Shown here: piece by piece, positions 19,830-28,840 of the stretch
Layout of the letters: each line of letters opens with the position of its first letter
How positions within the stretch are numbered: position 1 is the stretch's first letter
From: Andalucia godoyi And28
Lineage: Eukaryota; Protista; Jakobida
Assembly: GCA_009859145.1 (NCBI GenBank)
Contig: VRVR01000017.1
Location: 207,428 to 271,427, forward strand
Reading direction: 5' to 3'
DNA: 64,000 nt
The notes under the pieces: model-generated
What the model was told of the DNA's origin: nothing
The model's database searches: none
What the model saw: only the letters and a program-made list of their open reading frames with translations
Position numbers and translations under genes: made by a program

Positions 19830-22241
19830 ATGTCGTTGGGGATTCAAGGCCATGGGGATACTTCGTTGATGGCACCGCTTTCTGACAATGACTTGTTCAC
19901 TCCTGTTCCAGCAAAGCGTCACGGTTCGAGAGTAACAGAAGAGAAGAAGATTCGATTTACTCCGTTTCTGCCTTCTCCAGTCTACGCCTCCTCCTCTTCT
20001 TCCTCCTCCTCCTCCTCCTCTTATTCTTCACGATCGCCGGCCACTCGCCTTGGATCGTCTCCATCTCCAAGAATTCTGAACGTTGGACAGCCTTCGCCCA
20101 CTGCTGCAAAGCAAGCGAAAACGCAAGCACATGTTGTGTCGTTCTCTACGTCGACCAACCAAGGTATCGTCTTGCAATCTCCACCTCCTCCACCACCACC
20201 ACCTCCTCTGCCTCTTCCTTCTCGTGCGACGTTTGCAGCAGCAAAAGAACAAGCAGTTTATGCAAATGAAAACAAAAATCCTGAGAATGTGCTGGAGTTG
20301 CTAGATCCATTGATTGCAGTACTCCGTGAAGAGTCGATTCAGCACGAAAAATTGACTGCTTCATCGCCCCTTCGACCACAGTCAGCCTCAAAGTGCGTCT
20401 CAAAGAACGGAAAACTGTTCAAGCAAGATGACTTTTCTTTCATGGACGGCGGAGAGATGCACTTGTCTACAATTCAAAAGGCCTTCATTCACTCTCCGGA
20501 ACGGGTTCGGGGGACTCTGCATGCACTGGTTTCAAAAGATCTGCTCAACCGATCGCAAATGGAACATGTTGCCGCGCAAGCACTAAGACTAGCGCATGAT
20601 GCACTCTGGAAGGAGGAGTTTGACATTGCAATTGAAAAGGGTCTTGAGTGTCTTCGACGCCAAAGTCGCTTGTTGGGCCATGATCATCCATCTCTGGCAA
20701 TCGTCCTTTCGGTTCTTGGCGAAGCGTACTCTCATTCTGGAAAGTTCACACTGGCGGAAACTCACTTTGACGACGCCTTGCGCGTGCTGGGACCATCTGC
20801 AGACTTCAATTTGAATGCCAACGCAGAACTAAGGTCGCACATTCATGTTCAGCTGTGTCATTTGCAGCGAGTCAGAAGCAACTTCAAGCAAGCGGTGCAT
20901 CATGCCAGACTGGCTTGCGAAGCAAAGAAAAGCCCGTCCAACATGATGATGCTGGGGATCACCTTGTCTGCAGCCGAAGATTACCCTGCTGCGCTGCGGC
21001 AATTGGAAGAAGCTCGAGCAGCGCTAGAGTCTGTTTCTATAGAGTCGGATGCATTGCAAGTCGCGGCAACCACATCAACTGCAGGACTGTCGGATAACTC
21101 ATCGCCAGTGGACACACCCGGAGCGGTTCAGCCAACCATTACGCTCTCTTCAAAACAGAGCATTTCCCTGAAAGAATGGCACGAGTCCCTCGGAGCCGTG
21201 CTGTGCAATATTGGAAATGTGCATGTTGCGCAGAACCAGTTGAAAGAGGCGTTGGAATGCTATTCTCTTGGGCGTTTTCATCTCGCAGAAGCCGGCTGTC
21301 TGGATTCGCTGGCCACTTGCTTGCTGCACACCGGTTCTGTGTCGGTGACGTTGCGCGATTTCGATCTTGCTGTTCGGTGCTTTGAGGAGGCACGAACACT
21401 GCGTGTCGCACTCTATGGTGTGACGCATGTCCTCACGTCCCACTGCGAGCTCCTGCTGGGGCGTGTTGCAATGGAACGTGGGGATTTCGGACGCGCCGTC
21501 GCTCTGTTTGCGAAAGCTCGTGCTCATCGTACCCATGCATTGGGAGAGGGCCATCCGGAAACCGCAGCTGCATATGTGCTCGAAGGCCACGCACTTTCCG
21601 CCATGGGACGCCAGTCCGATGCATTGAAGTGCTACGAGTTTGCTCGAAAATCCTATCCGACGCGGTCAATGGCGCTGGACATGCACATGGCATCGCTGCT
21701 GTTGTCGATGGGCAAGACACAGTCAGCGTTGTCTATTTACTTTGAATGGCTGCAAAAGTCCGAAAAGGATCTTCACAAACCGGAAAACAAAATCGAAGTC
21801 GGTGTTCTGTTCAACGAAATGGGAAACGTTCTCCGGCACCAAGGAAGGATAACGGAGTCAAGAGCTGCGTACAAGCGATCGCTCTCGCTTCTGGAATCCA
21901 TGGTCGGTCATAATCACCCACATTGCGCAACTGCACTGTCGAATCTCGGTCATCTTGAGCTGCACCGCCACGATCTCAAGAAAGCTCAGCGGTTTTATTA
22001 TCGTGCGCTCGCAATTCGAATGCACCATTGGGGAGACGGGCATCTTGACACTGCGCAGTCCTTTTATGATTTGGCCATTGCCGCCGAGCACGACAAGAAT
22101 CTGCCACTGGCGAGAGACTTTTGGGACAAATACCTGGCAGCCACGATTAAGTCGGTTGGCGAGTACCACCCTGCGGTGCAGAAGGCGCGCAGCGAGCTCG
22201 TGCAGTTCAAGAAGCGATCGCGAGGGGTGTTGCGATCATAA
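19830..22241 (+). CDS. TPR-repeat protein (kinesin-light-chain/nephrocystin-3-like repeats) with a disordered N-terminus
   Basis: Multiple repeats of the type xxLGxxHPxxAxxLxNLGxxxxxxGxxxxAxxxYxRAL (e.g. VGHNHPHCATALSNLGHL, WGDGHLDTAQSFYDLA). Confidence 0.9.
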   Translation: MSLGIQGHGDTSLMAPLSDNDLFTPVPAKRHGSRVTEEKKIRFTPFLPSPVYASSSSSSSSSSSYSSRSPATRLGSSPSPRILNVGQPSPTAAKQAKTQAHVVSFSTSTNQGIVLQSPPPPPPPPPLPLPSRATFAAAKEQAVYANENKNPENVLELLDPLIAVLREESIQHEKLTASSPLRPQSASKCVSKNGKLFKQDDFSFMDGGEMHLSTIQKAFIHSPERVRGTLHALVSKDLLNRSQMEHVAAQALRLAHDALWKEEFDIAIEKGLECLRRQSRLLGHDHPSLAIVLSVLGEAYSHSGKFTLAETHFDDALRVLGPSADFNLNANAELRSHIHVQLCHLQRVRSNFKQAVHHARLACEAKKSPSNMMMLGITLSAAEDYPAALRQLEEARAALESVSIESDALQVAATTSTAGLSDNSSPVDTPGAVQPTITLSSKQSISLKEWHESLGAVLCNIGNVHVAQNQLKEALECYSLGRFHLAEAGCLDSLATCLLHTGSVSVTLRDFDLAVRCFEEARTLRVALYGVTHVLTSHCELLLGRVAMERGDFGRAVALFAKARAHRTHALGEGHPETAAAYVLEGHALSAMGRQSDALKCYEFARKSYPTRSMALDMHMASLLLSMGKTQSALSIYFEWLQKSEKDLHKPENKIEVGVLFNEMGNVLRHQGRITESRAAYKRSLSLLESMVGHNHPHCATALSNLGHLELHRHDLKKAQRFYYRALAIRMHHWGDGHLDTAQSFYDLAIAAEHDKNLPLARDFWDKYLAATIKSVGEYHPAVQKARSELVQFKKRSRGVLRS

Positions 22242-22485
22242 CGGGAAGGTGGGAGGGAACTGGGAGCGGGTTGCCCATCCTATCCTTTCTTGTGTTCGTT
22301 TATATATATGCATACATACTGTTTTCAATAATTTAAAAGAAAAATTAAAAAATAACTAAAAGTGAAAATGAAAAAAATGAAAATAATGATGGTACCCTGT
22401 TCTTTTTTTTTCCCCCATCGTCGCTTGTGATATCGCAAGGAAGTTCTCGACATACGGGAGACAGGAAGGCGGAGAAAGGGTTCTC

Positions 22486-24369
22486 TCATCTCTTCAAATT
22501 CTCCGAAGACGACGGACGCGGTCCCACGCCCGAGATTGTTTTCGGACCGGACCAAGAAGACATGTCGGTTCTTGTTGACGCTGTGGAGGTAGTAGGAGAA
22601 GCAAGCGCAATCTTTGCATTCGACGACGAGCGACTGAGTCCCTGTCCGACTACCATTTGCGATGGATCTTCATTGAGGTCCTTGGAAGGGTGCACGGGAG
22701 GAAAAGACGTGGAGGATCGCGGGGACAGCAATTGAGTGAGCGAAAGAGAGGCAGCAAGCGGTGGTCGATGTGGGGCTCCGGATTTCGGAGGTCTGGGGGA
22801 CAGCTCGGGGGGTGGCTGGGGAACTTGGCTTTGTGGTGCCTGCCCTTCGCGTGCCATCCTCTCCTTGTTCACCGTTGCCTGAGCCATGGCCGGTGTCATG
22901 CCGGCTGCAACAAGGTCCTCAACCTTCGACACCTCAGTGTCCAAGCGAACGGTTTCGTGAATTCTGGTATTTTCTTCCTCCTTGATTCGCGCTTCAAGAG
23001 CGAAGAAACGGGCTTCCGAGATGCGCGCAAAGGACGAGGAAGAGTTTTCGTTCAGCATTCTGGAGAGATGTCTCTGCATGTACTGCATGTCGTGGCTCAA
23101 CTGCGACGATTTTTCTTCCAATCCTTGCTCGAGCTCTCCCTTCGTTTCCTCGACGTTTGCTTGCACCACAGAGATCATGTTCTCTAGTTCCACGCGACTC
23201 CTGAGCGATGTTTCGGTCATGATCTGAAGTTTCGAATCCATCTCCATGATGGCCTCTTCTCTAGACTCGCTTTCCGAAATGAGGTCTGATCGAAGGGATG
23301 CGAAACGAACATTCACCGCCTTTTCATGCTCTTCCTGCACAACATCGAAATGCTCCGAAATCTGATCCACAATGTTCTGCACGTCTGCGTGCACCTTCTC
23401 AATGGACGATGACACATTCGTTGACAGTGCATCCATTTTCACGTCGAACGCCTTGGTTAGGCTATGATGCAGAGTCATATCTGCCTCTCGCAAGTCCTTC
23501 TGCAATTTAACCAAGTCCTCCTTCTGCACATCAGACAGCTTGTTGAGATTCATTGTGAAGAGTTCCTTCATTTGTTGCAGATCCTGCAGCTCCCGTCTGC
23601 GTTCCTTTTCAAACCGCTCACCAACTCCAGTTTCAACAGCTTCCAGTTCCTTCTTCAGCTTCGCCTGCATTTCAGCATTGATCTCCTTCTTGAGCTGCTG
23701 CCGCAGCGATTCTGCTTTGTCAATCTCTGCGCGCAAGGCAGCCTCTCTCGAGCACGCTTCTCCAACCAGCACGGATCGAAGGTTCTCCACAACACGAAGG
23801 CACTTTGCATCCTCGCTCTTCAGCTCCAAAACCGTTCTTGCCCACGCTTCCTGGTTGTCCTCCGCCTTCTTCGTGATTCCGTCACAGCGCACATTCACCC
23901 CCTCGATCCTGTTTGATACATTCTGGATCGAAGTTGCATGCTTTGCATCCACAGCCTTCACGGACTGATCTACCTTTTCAACAGACGAGGCACACTGATC
24001 GATACGCAAATGAAGCTCTTTCCGACTCGCCTCCATGTCCTCCTTTGCAGCTGTTTGAATTACGGAAAACTCACTTCGGAGCACCGACAAGTCTGCAACA
24101 AACGACTGTTTCAGCTCGTTCAGAAGCCCCAATTGCGCATTTTTGAGCGCATCAGACGAAGACCCCAGCAGCCCTTCAAGAACAGAGATCTTGCTCGAGA
24201 AGTCTTGTTCAATGCGACACGTCGTACGAAATGCGTCGCTCGCAAGCGCAGACGCCGCATTCAACTTCAGCACGATCTGCTCGATTGTTGTCACGATGAT
24301 TGGTGGAATGTTCACCCATTGCTCAGGAAAAAACGATATATGTTCATTCGCGACATCAACGCCCGTCAT
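22486..24369 (-). CDS. Long coiled-coil protein with Pro/Ser-rich tail; possible upstream exon at 24597 (GTAAGC donor near 24505)
   Basis: 627-codon ORF with heptad-like E/K/L/Q composition. Confidence 0.85.
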   Translation of the reverse strand: MTGVDVANEHISFFPEQWVNIPPIIVTTIEQIVLKLNAASALASDAFRTTCRIEQDFSSKISVLEGLLGSSSDALKNAQLGLLNELKQSFVADLSVLRSEFSVIQTAAKEDMEASRKELHLRIDQCASSVEKVDQSVKAVDAKHATSIQNVSNRIEGVNVRCDGITKKAEDNQEAWARTVLELKSEDAKCLRVVENLRSVLVGEACSREAALRAEIDKAESLRQQLKKEINAEMQAKLKKELEAVETGVGERFEKERRRELQDLQQMKELFTMNLNKLSDVQKEDLVKLQKDLREADMTLHHSLTKAFDVKMDALSTNVSSSIEKVHADVQNIVDQISEHFDVVQEEHEKAVNVRFASLRSDLISESESREEAIMEMDSKLQIMTETSLRSRVELENMISVVQANVEETKGELEQGLEEKSSQLSHDMQYMQRHLSRMLNENSSSSFARISEARFFALEARIKEEENTRIHETVRLDTEVSKVEDLVAAGMTPAMAQATVNKERMAREGQAPQSQVPQPPPELSPRPPKSGAPHRPPLAASLSLTQLLSPRSSTSFPPVHPSKDLNEDPSQMVVGQGLSRSSSNAKIALASPTTSTASTRTDMSSWSGPKTISGVGPRPSSSENLKR

Positions 24370-24508
24370 ACTGCTTCTACGTTAAACAGCAATGATAACG
24401 ATACCTAAGAGTAATGAAATGAATGATTGAAAAAAAAAGATAATAGTGATCGTTGGCAGCACCTGTTCGTTCCGTCGTAATAAGCTGGCTTTTGATGATG
24501 CTTACTTC

Positions 24509-24541
<33 letters not shown>

Positions 24542-24982
24542 CGTATTGCGAGTGCTGTTTCTGACTTTCTGTGAAATCTCAGCAGGGTAACGATCATACG
24601 TGACAAACGGTTGAACCAACGACAATGGTCGACCGCAACGTAAAAGGGGAGAAAAGCAAGCCTTCCGATTGGCGTTTGCTATTTTTATTTTACGACGGCT
24701 GGCAGATTAGGTTTCCCCCGTCATTGTGAATTCGTGGATTGGACTGCTTTGGGCGACGCTGGTTATTATGATGTGCTGCGCTATTCTTCTTTTTAATTTT
24801 ATTATTAATTTTACTCTTAATTCTCATTTTTTGGCCGAGATGAATGTTAACGAAATCTACCAAACCAAACCAAACCAAACCAAACCAAACATTCTTTTTT
24901 GAGAGTCGGAAAAAGACAACACACATCCACGCAATATTAAAGGTACATCGCCCATCCATCCCCACATGTGCCATGAGCAGCA

Positions 24983-26080
24983 TTATTGACTCCCATTGTG
25001 ATTGTGATGCATGCAATTTTGCAGCAGCAGATACGAGCAGACTTCTGCATCGCGAGCCCAGAACCGCGAGAGAAAATCAGGCGTCAGTTTGAAATCGGGA
25101 AAGGCACTGGGCAGTGTCTGAATTGGTGTGCACGTCATATTGATACACATAGCAGCAGAAGAATGTGGAGGTGGAGGTGGAGGTGGAGGAGGAGGAGGAT
25201 GAAGAGGAAGAGGAGAATCAGAATGCTGAGCGGGATGGCGTTCTTGAAACATGAATGGAGTTTCTGGAGGCTCTTGCATGGACAGAGTGCTAATACTGGA
25301 AAAGCTGGGTTCCGCACTTGCGCTTCTCCCATTGTGGTCAGGAGGGGTCAGCTGCATGCTGCACACCTCCGGAAGGTTCTCCCATGACGATGTTCGGGCT
25401 ACTTCACCGGGCTCTTCCTTCTTGGATTTTTTTGCGCGCAACACTTCTGAGCAGTCGCCGCTCTCAAAGCTCGAGTTTCTTATCAGCATCTTCCACGGAG
25501 TCTCTCGATTGATCAAGGCGATTACGGGAGACTCGGTGCGGATTCTCTTCGACTTGATTACAAAGCACGGCGAGGTAATATTGAACAGGTTCCTACGATA
25601 CACCATCGGCCCAACATCTGAGCCTGTGTTGGACGTGCCGAAGCCCGAGGCATGTATTTGAAACAGACGCTGGGGTCCGGTATGCACGTACGACGACATG
25701 CGACCCAGGGAAAAAGGGACGGTCTGACCATGCCATACTCCCGGTCCGTGACAACTTAGTAAGGAGCTCTGCCTGGTCCGTGATTGGTTGTATACCAGAC
25801 CATCTGCCACGTGTGTTTTTGACTCGGCTTCAAGAACGGACAACTGCACTGTGACGTCCTCGTTGACCATCATCTGTTGGTGGCACTCGCTCGAGGGGTC
25901 CATGAAGAGCGTGATACTGAACGAGTACACGGCTGTTCGATACCAAACCCGGTCGTCACGACCCCACTCGTGGAACGAAGTCCTTCCGGAACGCACCCGG
26001 ACTTCGAGTGCAATGTCTTTGGGAGACTCTCCATGGCCGGGAAAGTCACAAGTCCACGCGTAAGCTGCTTCCGAGGACAT
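24983..26080 (-). CDS. Putative transcription factor: N-terminal beta-rich (Ig-fold-like) domain plus Pro/Ser-rich tail
   Basis: ATG at 26080. Alternating beta-strand pattern ending in RMSSYVH...FQIHA...SPCFVIKSKR, then poly-Pro. The family assignment is inference. Confidence 0.7.
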   Translation of the reverse strand: MSSEAAYAWTCDFPGHGESPKDIALEVRVRSGRTSFHEWGRDDRVWYRTAVYSFSITLFMDPSSECHQQMMVNEDVTVQLSVLEAESKTHVADGLVYNQSRTRQSSLLSCHGPGVWHGQTVPFSLGRMSSYVHTGPQRLFQIHASGFGTSNTGSDVGPMVYRRNLFNITSPCFVIKSKRIRTESPVIALINRETPWKMLIRNSSFESGDCSEVLRAKKSKKEEPGEVARTSSWENLPEVCSMQLTPPDHNGRSASAEPSFSSISTLSMQEPPETPFMFQERHPAQHSDSPLPLHPPPPPPPPPPPHSSAAMCINMTCTPIQTLPSAFPDFKLTPDFLSRFWARDAEVCSYLLLQNCMHHNHNGSQ

Positions 26081-27328
26081 GATCACAGAACTTCACTGTT
26101 GCTCGGCGATTATGGTTTGTCGCTGCTGCTGCTGCTGCTGCTGGTCCGCGAAAGAGTCAAAGTAGTCGGATCACAAAGCGTCGGAGAAGCAAGCAGCCGG
26201 TTCTTTTCTTGTTCTTGGGCTTGTGTTTTTCAAAAATGCAATCAAGACACAAAACAACTAATTATGTTATCTAAAAAAACACCACAAAAACAAGAGGATC
26301 GAATTTTCCTCTCTTTTTTCTCCCCCTGAACCACGTTTATCTTGTTTTGGCGTTGCAATTCGACGTCGCTGTTATCGCTGTACGCTTATCTTTTATTTTT
26401 GCTGGTTGCCGCATGCAACATCGGGAGGAGCCGGAGATTGCCACAGTCATCGCACTGATTCTGTTGACGTACAATGTGACTTCGTGAAGGCTCCGTGCGT
26501 CTGCAACGGCGAATTATTTTTTTGCTACGGCCCACCTTTTCCTTTCTGGCAGCTGAGACGCAGGGCGAGCTGTCATTCCTTTTACGTTGTGAGCAAGCAA
26601 AGTCTGCAAGTAGAAAGTTCCGCATAATCAGAATGTGGGTCTTTGGTCCTCCGTGCCTGCGAATGACAGACGCTGCGTCATGAAGAGCGGACATCACTCG
26701 ACGATAGCTGGTTACAAAGTGACGTTCCTTTTGGATGTTGAACTGTGGTCTCTTCCCCTTCCTTGTCGCACAGGCGCTTTCTCTGCCACCTTCCGCATTA
26801 CCGGCATATTCGGAATTCTCGCGACCTCATAATCTCCGAGTCTGTCCGTTTGCACGAAGCCGGGTTCGTATGCTCATCTCGTCAGCAAAACCAGTTTCCG
26901 AGCAAAGCGCTACCGACACGAGAGCAGCTGGGACTGGTTGGCATTCGGCATTCGAGATTCGTGTCCCCAGGAGCGGGCTACGTTAAGCTGATCTTTCCTT
27001 GCCGTCCTTTTGTGCCTCCACATATCCGCCTCTTCTTATGCATCTTCTGCTCTTGCAGCTGGGCAGATGCAGCAGCCGTGTTCGACACGGCTGGGAAATG
27101 GGCCGCTGCTGCCGCTACTGATTTGCACTTTCTCGGCTGCTGTGGCTTGCAAAGGAGGGAGAAAAATTGTTCCAGCAAAACCAGGAAACCTTTCACGGGC
27201 CACGGCTGTGTCAAAAAGCATGCACCCGCAAGACCAAGGTGGCTGAAAGGAAATGGACCTCCGTGAATTCCAGTGCGTGGGATACCAGCACGGGTGGCAC
27301 GCATCCGTTCCGTCGATTTCCATTTTTA

Positions 27329-27895
27329 CTATTTCCGCGTGTCGAACCTGTGTGTCCCGATCATTCGATTGAGGGCAGTGGCCTTAATAAAGTTGTCCAG
27401 TCTCTTTTGGAACTCCTCCGGCCGGGTCCTCGCACTTTCCACAAAACCTACACGTATTCTGCGGTAATACAACGGAAATTTGCAGAACGAGGCCCACACG
27501 CAAGGGTCGCATTGCAGAGCCTCTTTGACGTCGTCCCTGAGCTCGACTTCCTCGAGAGACAAGTCCGGTAGAACCCGAGAGCCAGCCTCCGTCATCAGTC
27601 CGTCCTGCACCAGCCGGCGTGCCCGTTCCTTGTTCAACTCGGACCAGCTACTCTTTGCCCGCCGAGGACAGTATCGCTGCACCCAGGTGTCGCAGTCCAC
27701 CGATTTGGCTGTCGTGTCAATCCATCCAAAGCAGATCGCCTCTTCCACTGCCTCGTCGTAACTGACACATTGCTTCTTCGAGTGCTTTTTGCACATCACA
27801 AGCCAGATATCCGCTGCAGAAGCGTGATGCGTCTGAAGCCACCCTCTCCAATCAGACCGACTGGCAGCATAGAACGTCTGCGAAATGTTCACCAT
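27329..27895 (-). CDS. YdeI/OmpD-associated (bacteriocin-protection) family protein, bacterial type, intronless
   Basis: F.A.SR.DWR.WL..HH, IWLV..KK, VSYDEAVEEAICFGWID, QRYCPRR.KSSWSELNKERA.RL...GLMTEAG, and a C-terminal RTRPEEFQKRL match the YdeI family pattern. Confidence 0.9.
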   Translation of the reverse strand: MVNISQTFYAASRSDWRGWLQTHHASAADIWLVMCKKHSKKQCVSYDEAVEEAICFGWIDTTAKSVDCDTWVQRYCPRRAKSSWSELNKERARRLVQDGLMTEAGSRVLPDLSLEEVELRDDVKEALQCDPCVWASFCKFPLYYRRIRVGFVESARTRPEEFQKRLDNFIKATALNRMIGTHRFDTRK

Positions 27896-28712
27896 GACAA
27901 CTCAACCATCCATGTAAGTACTCGTTAATTTTTTATGTTTTTTAAATGCATTTCAAAAACTTCTTTTTTTTCTTTTTTTCTTCTTCTTCTTCTTCTTCTT
28001 CTTCTTCTTCTTCTTCTTCTTTGGAGGTTCCTGTGTCTCTCTTCCTACGCTGCACCCACGAAGAAAGGATGCTGACCATACGATTCTGGTCATGCGGACT
28101 CACGCTGCCTGGAGAATTCCTCGCTCACCTGAGCTTTTCCCGTCTCTTCGTCTGTATTCTGACTGTAGCTCTTGTGTGCCTCAATTTACATCATGCAGAC
28201 TCAAATGATCAGGAAAGTTCAAACCGCTGTAGATGCTGTGCGGTGCATCTATTTCTCAGTCTTCTCTCGCGCTTTCCGAATTTCGCGTTCCCTTTCTTCT
28301 TTTTCTTTTTCTTTTTCTTTTTCTTTTTCCTTTTCCTTTTTCCCTTTTCTTTTTCTCCTTCTTCTTTCCTTCGACGGATGTGTTCTTTTTGAGAGCCGTG
28401 TGGTGATCTCCTGGAATTGCTGACATGCCTTTTTGCTGTTGTTGCTGAAATCGTGTCATCAGTACTATGAGCTCACTATGTGACTCTCCGGGAGGACCAC
28501 TTCCGTTCTGTTTCACCCTCCTTTAAAACAGCATCACTCCCTTGACCATGGGATTTTGCCTACCTGACGGGAGGAACATCTATCGCTTTTTATCTCCTGC
28601 AGCGTCTCTTTGTGGCGTTCAAGGTCATCAAATTGCAAACATTTTCTTTTCCACATTTTTTGAAAAATAGTAAGACAATCAGCGGAAGAAAAAGGCGAGC
28701 AAAGCCCTTCAT

Positions 28713-28750
<38 letters not shown>

Positions 28751-28840
28751 GGCATGTCCGACATACCCGAACACGCCTTGAAGAGAAAAAGAGACGGCCA
28801 TGGAGTGTTTTTTAATTTATTATCAGGTATAAAGAATAAG

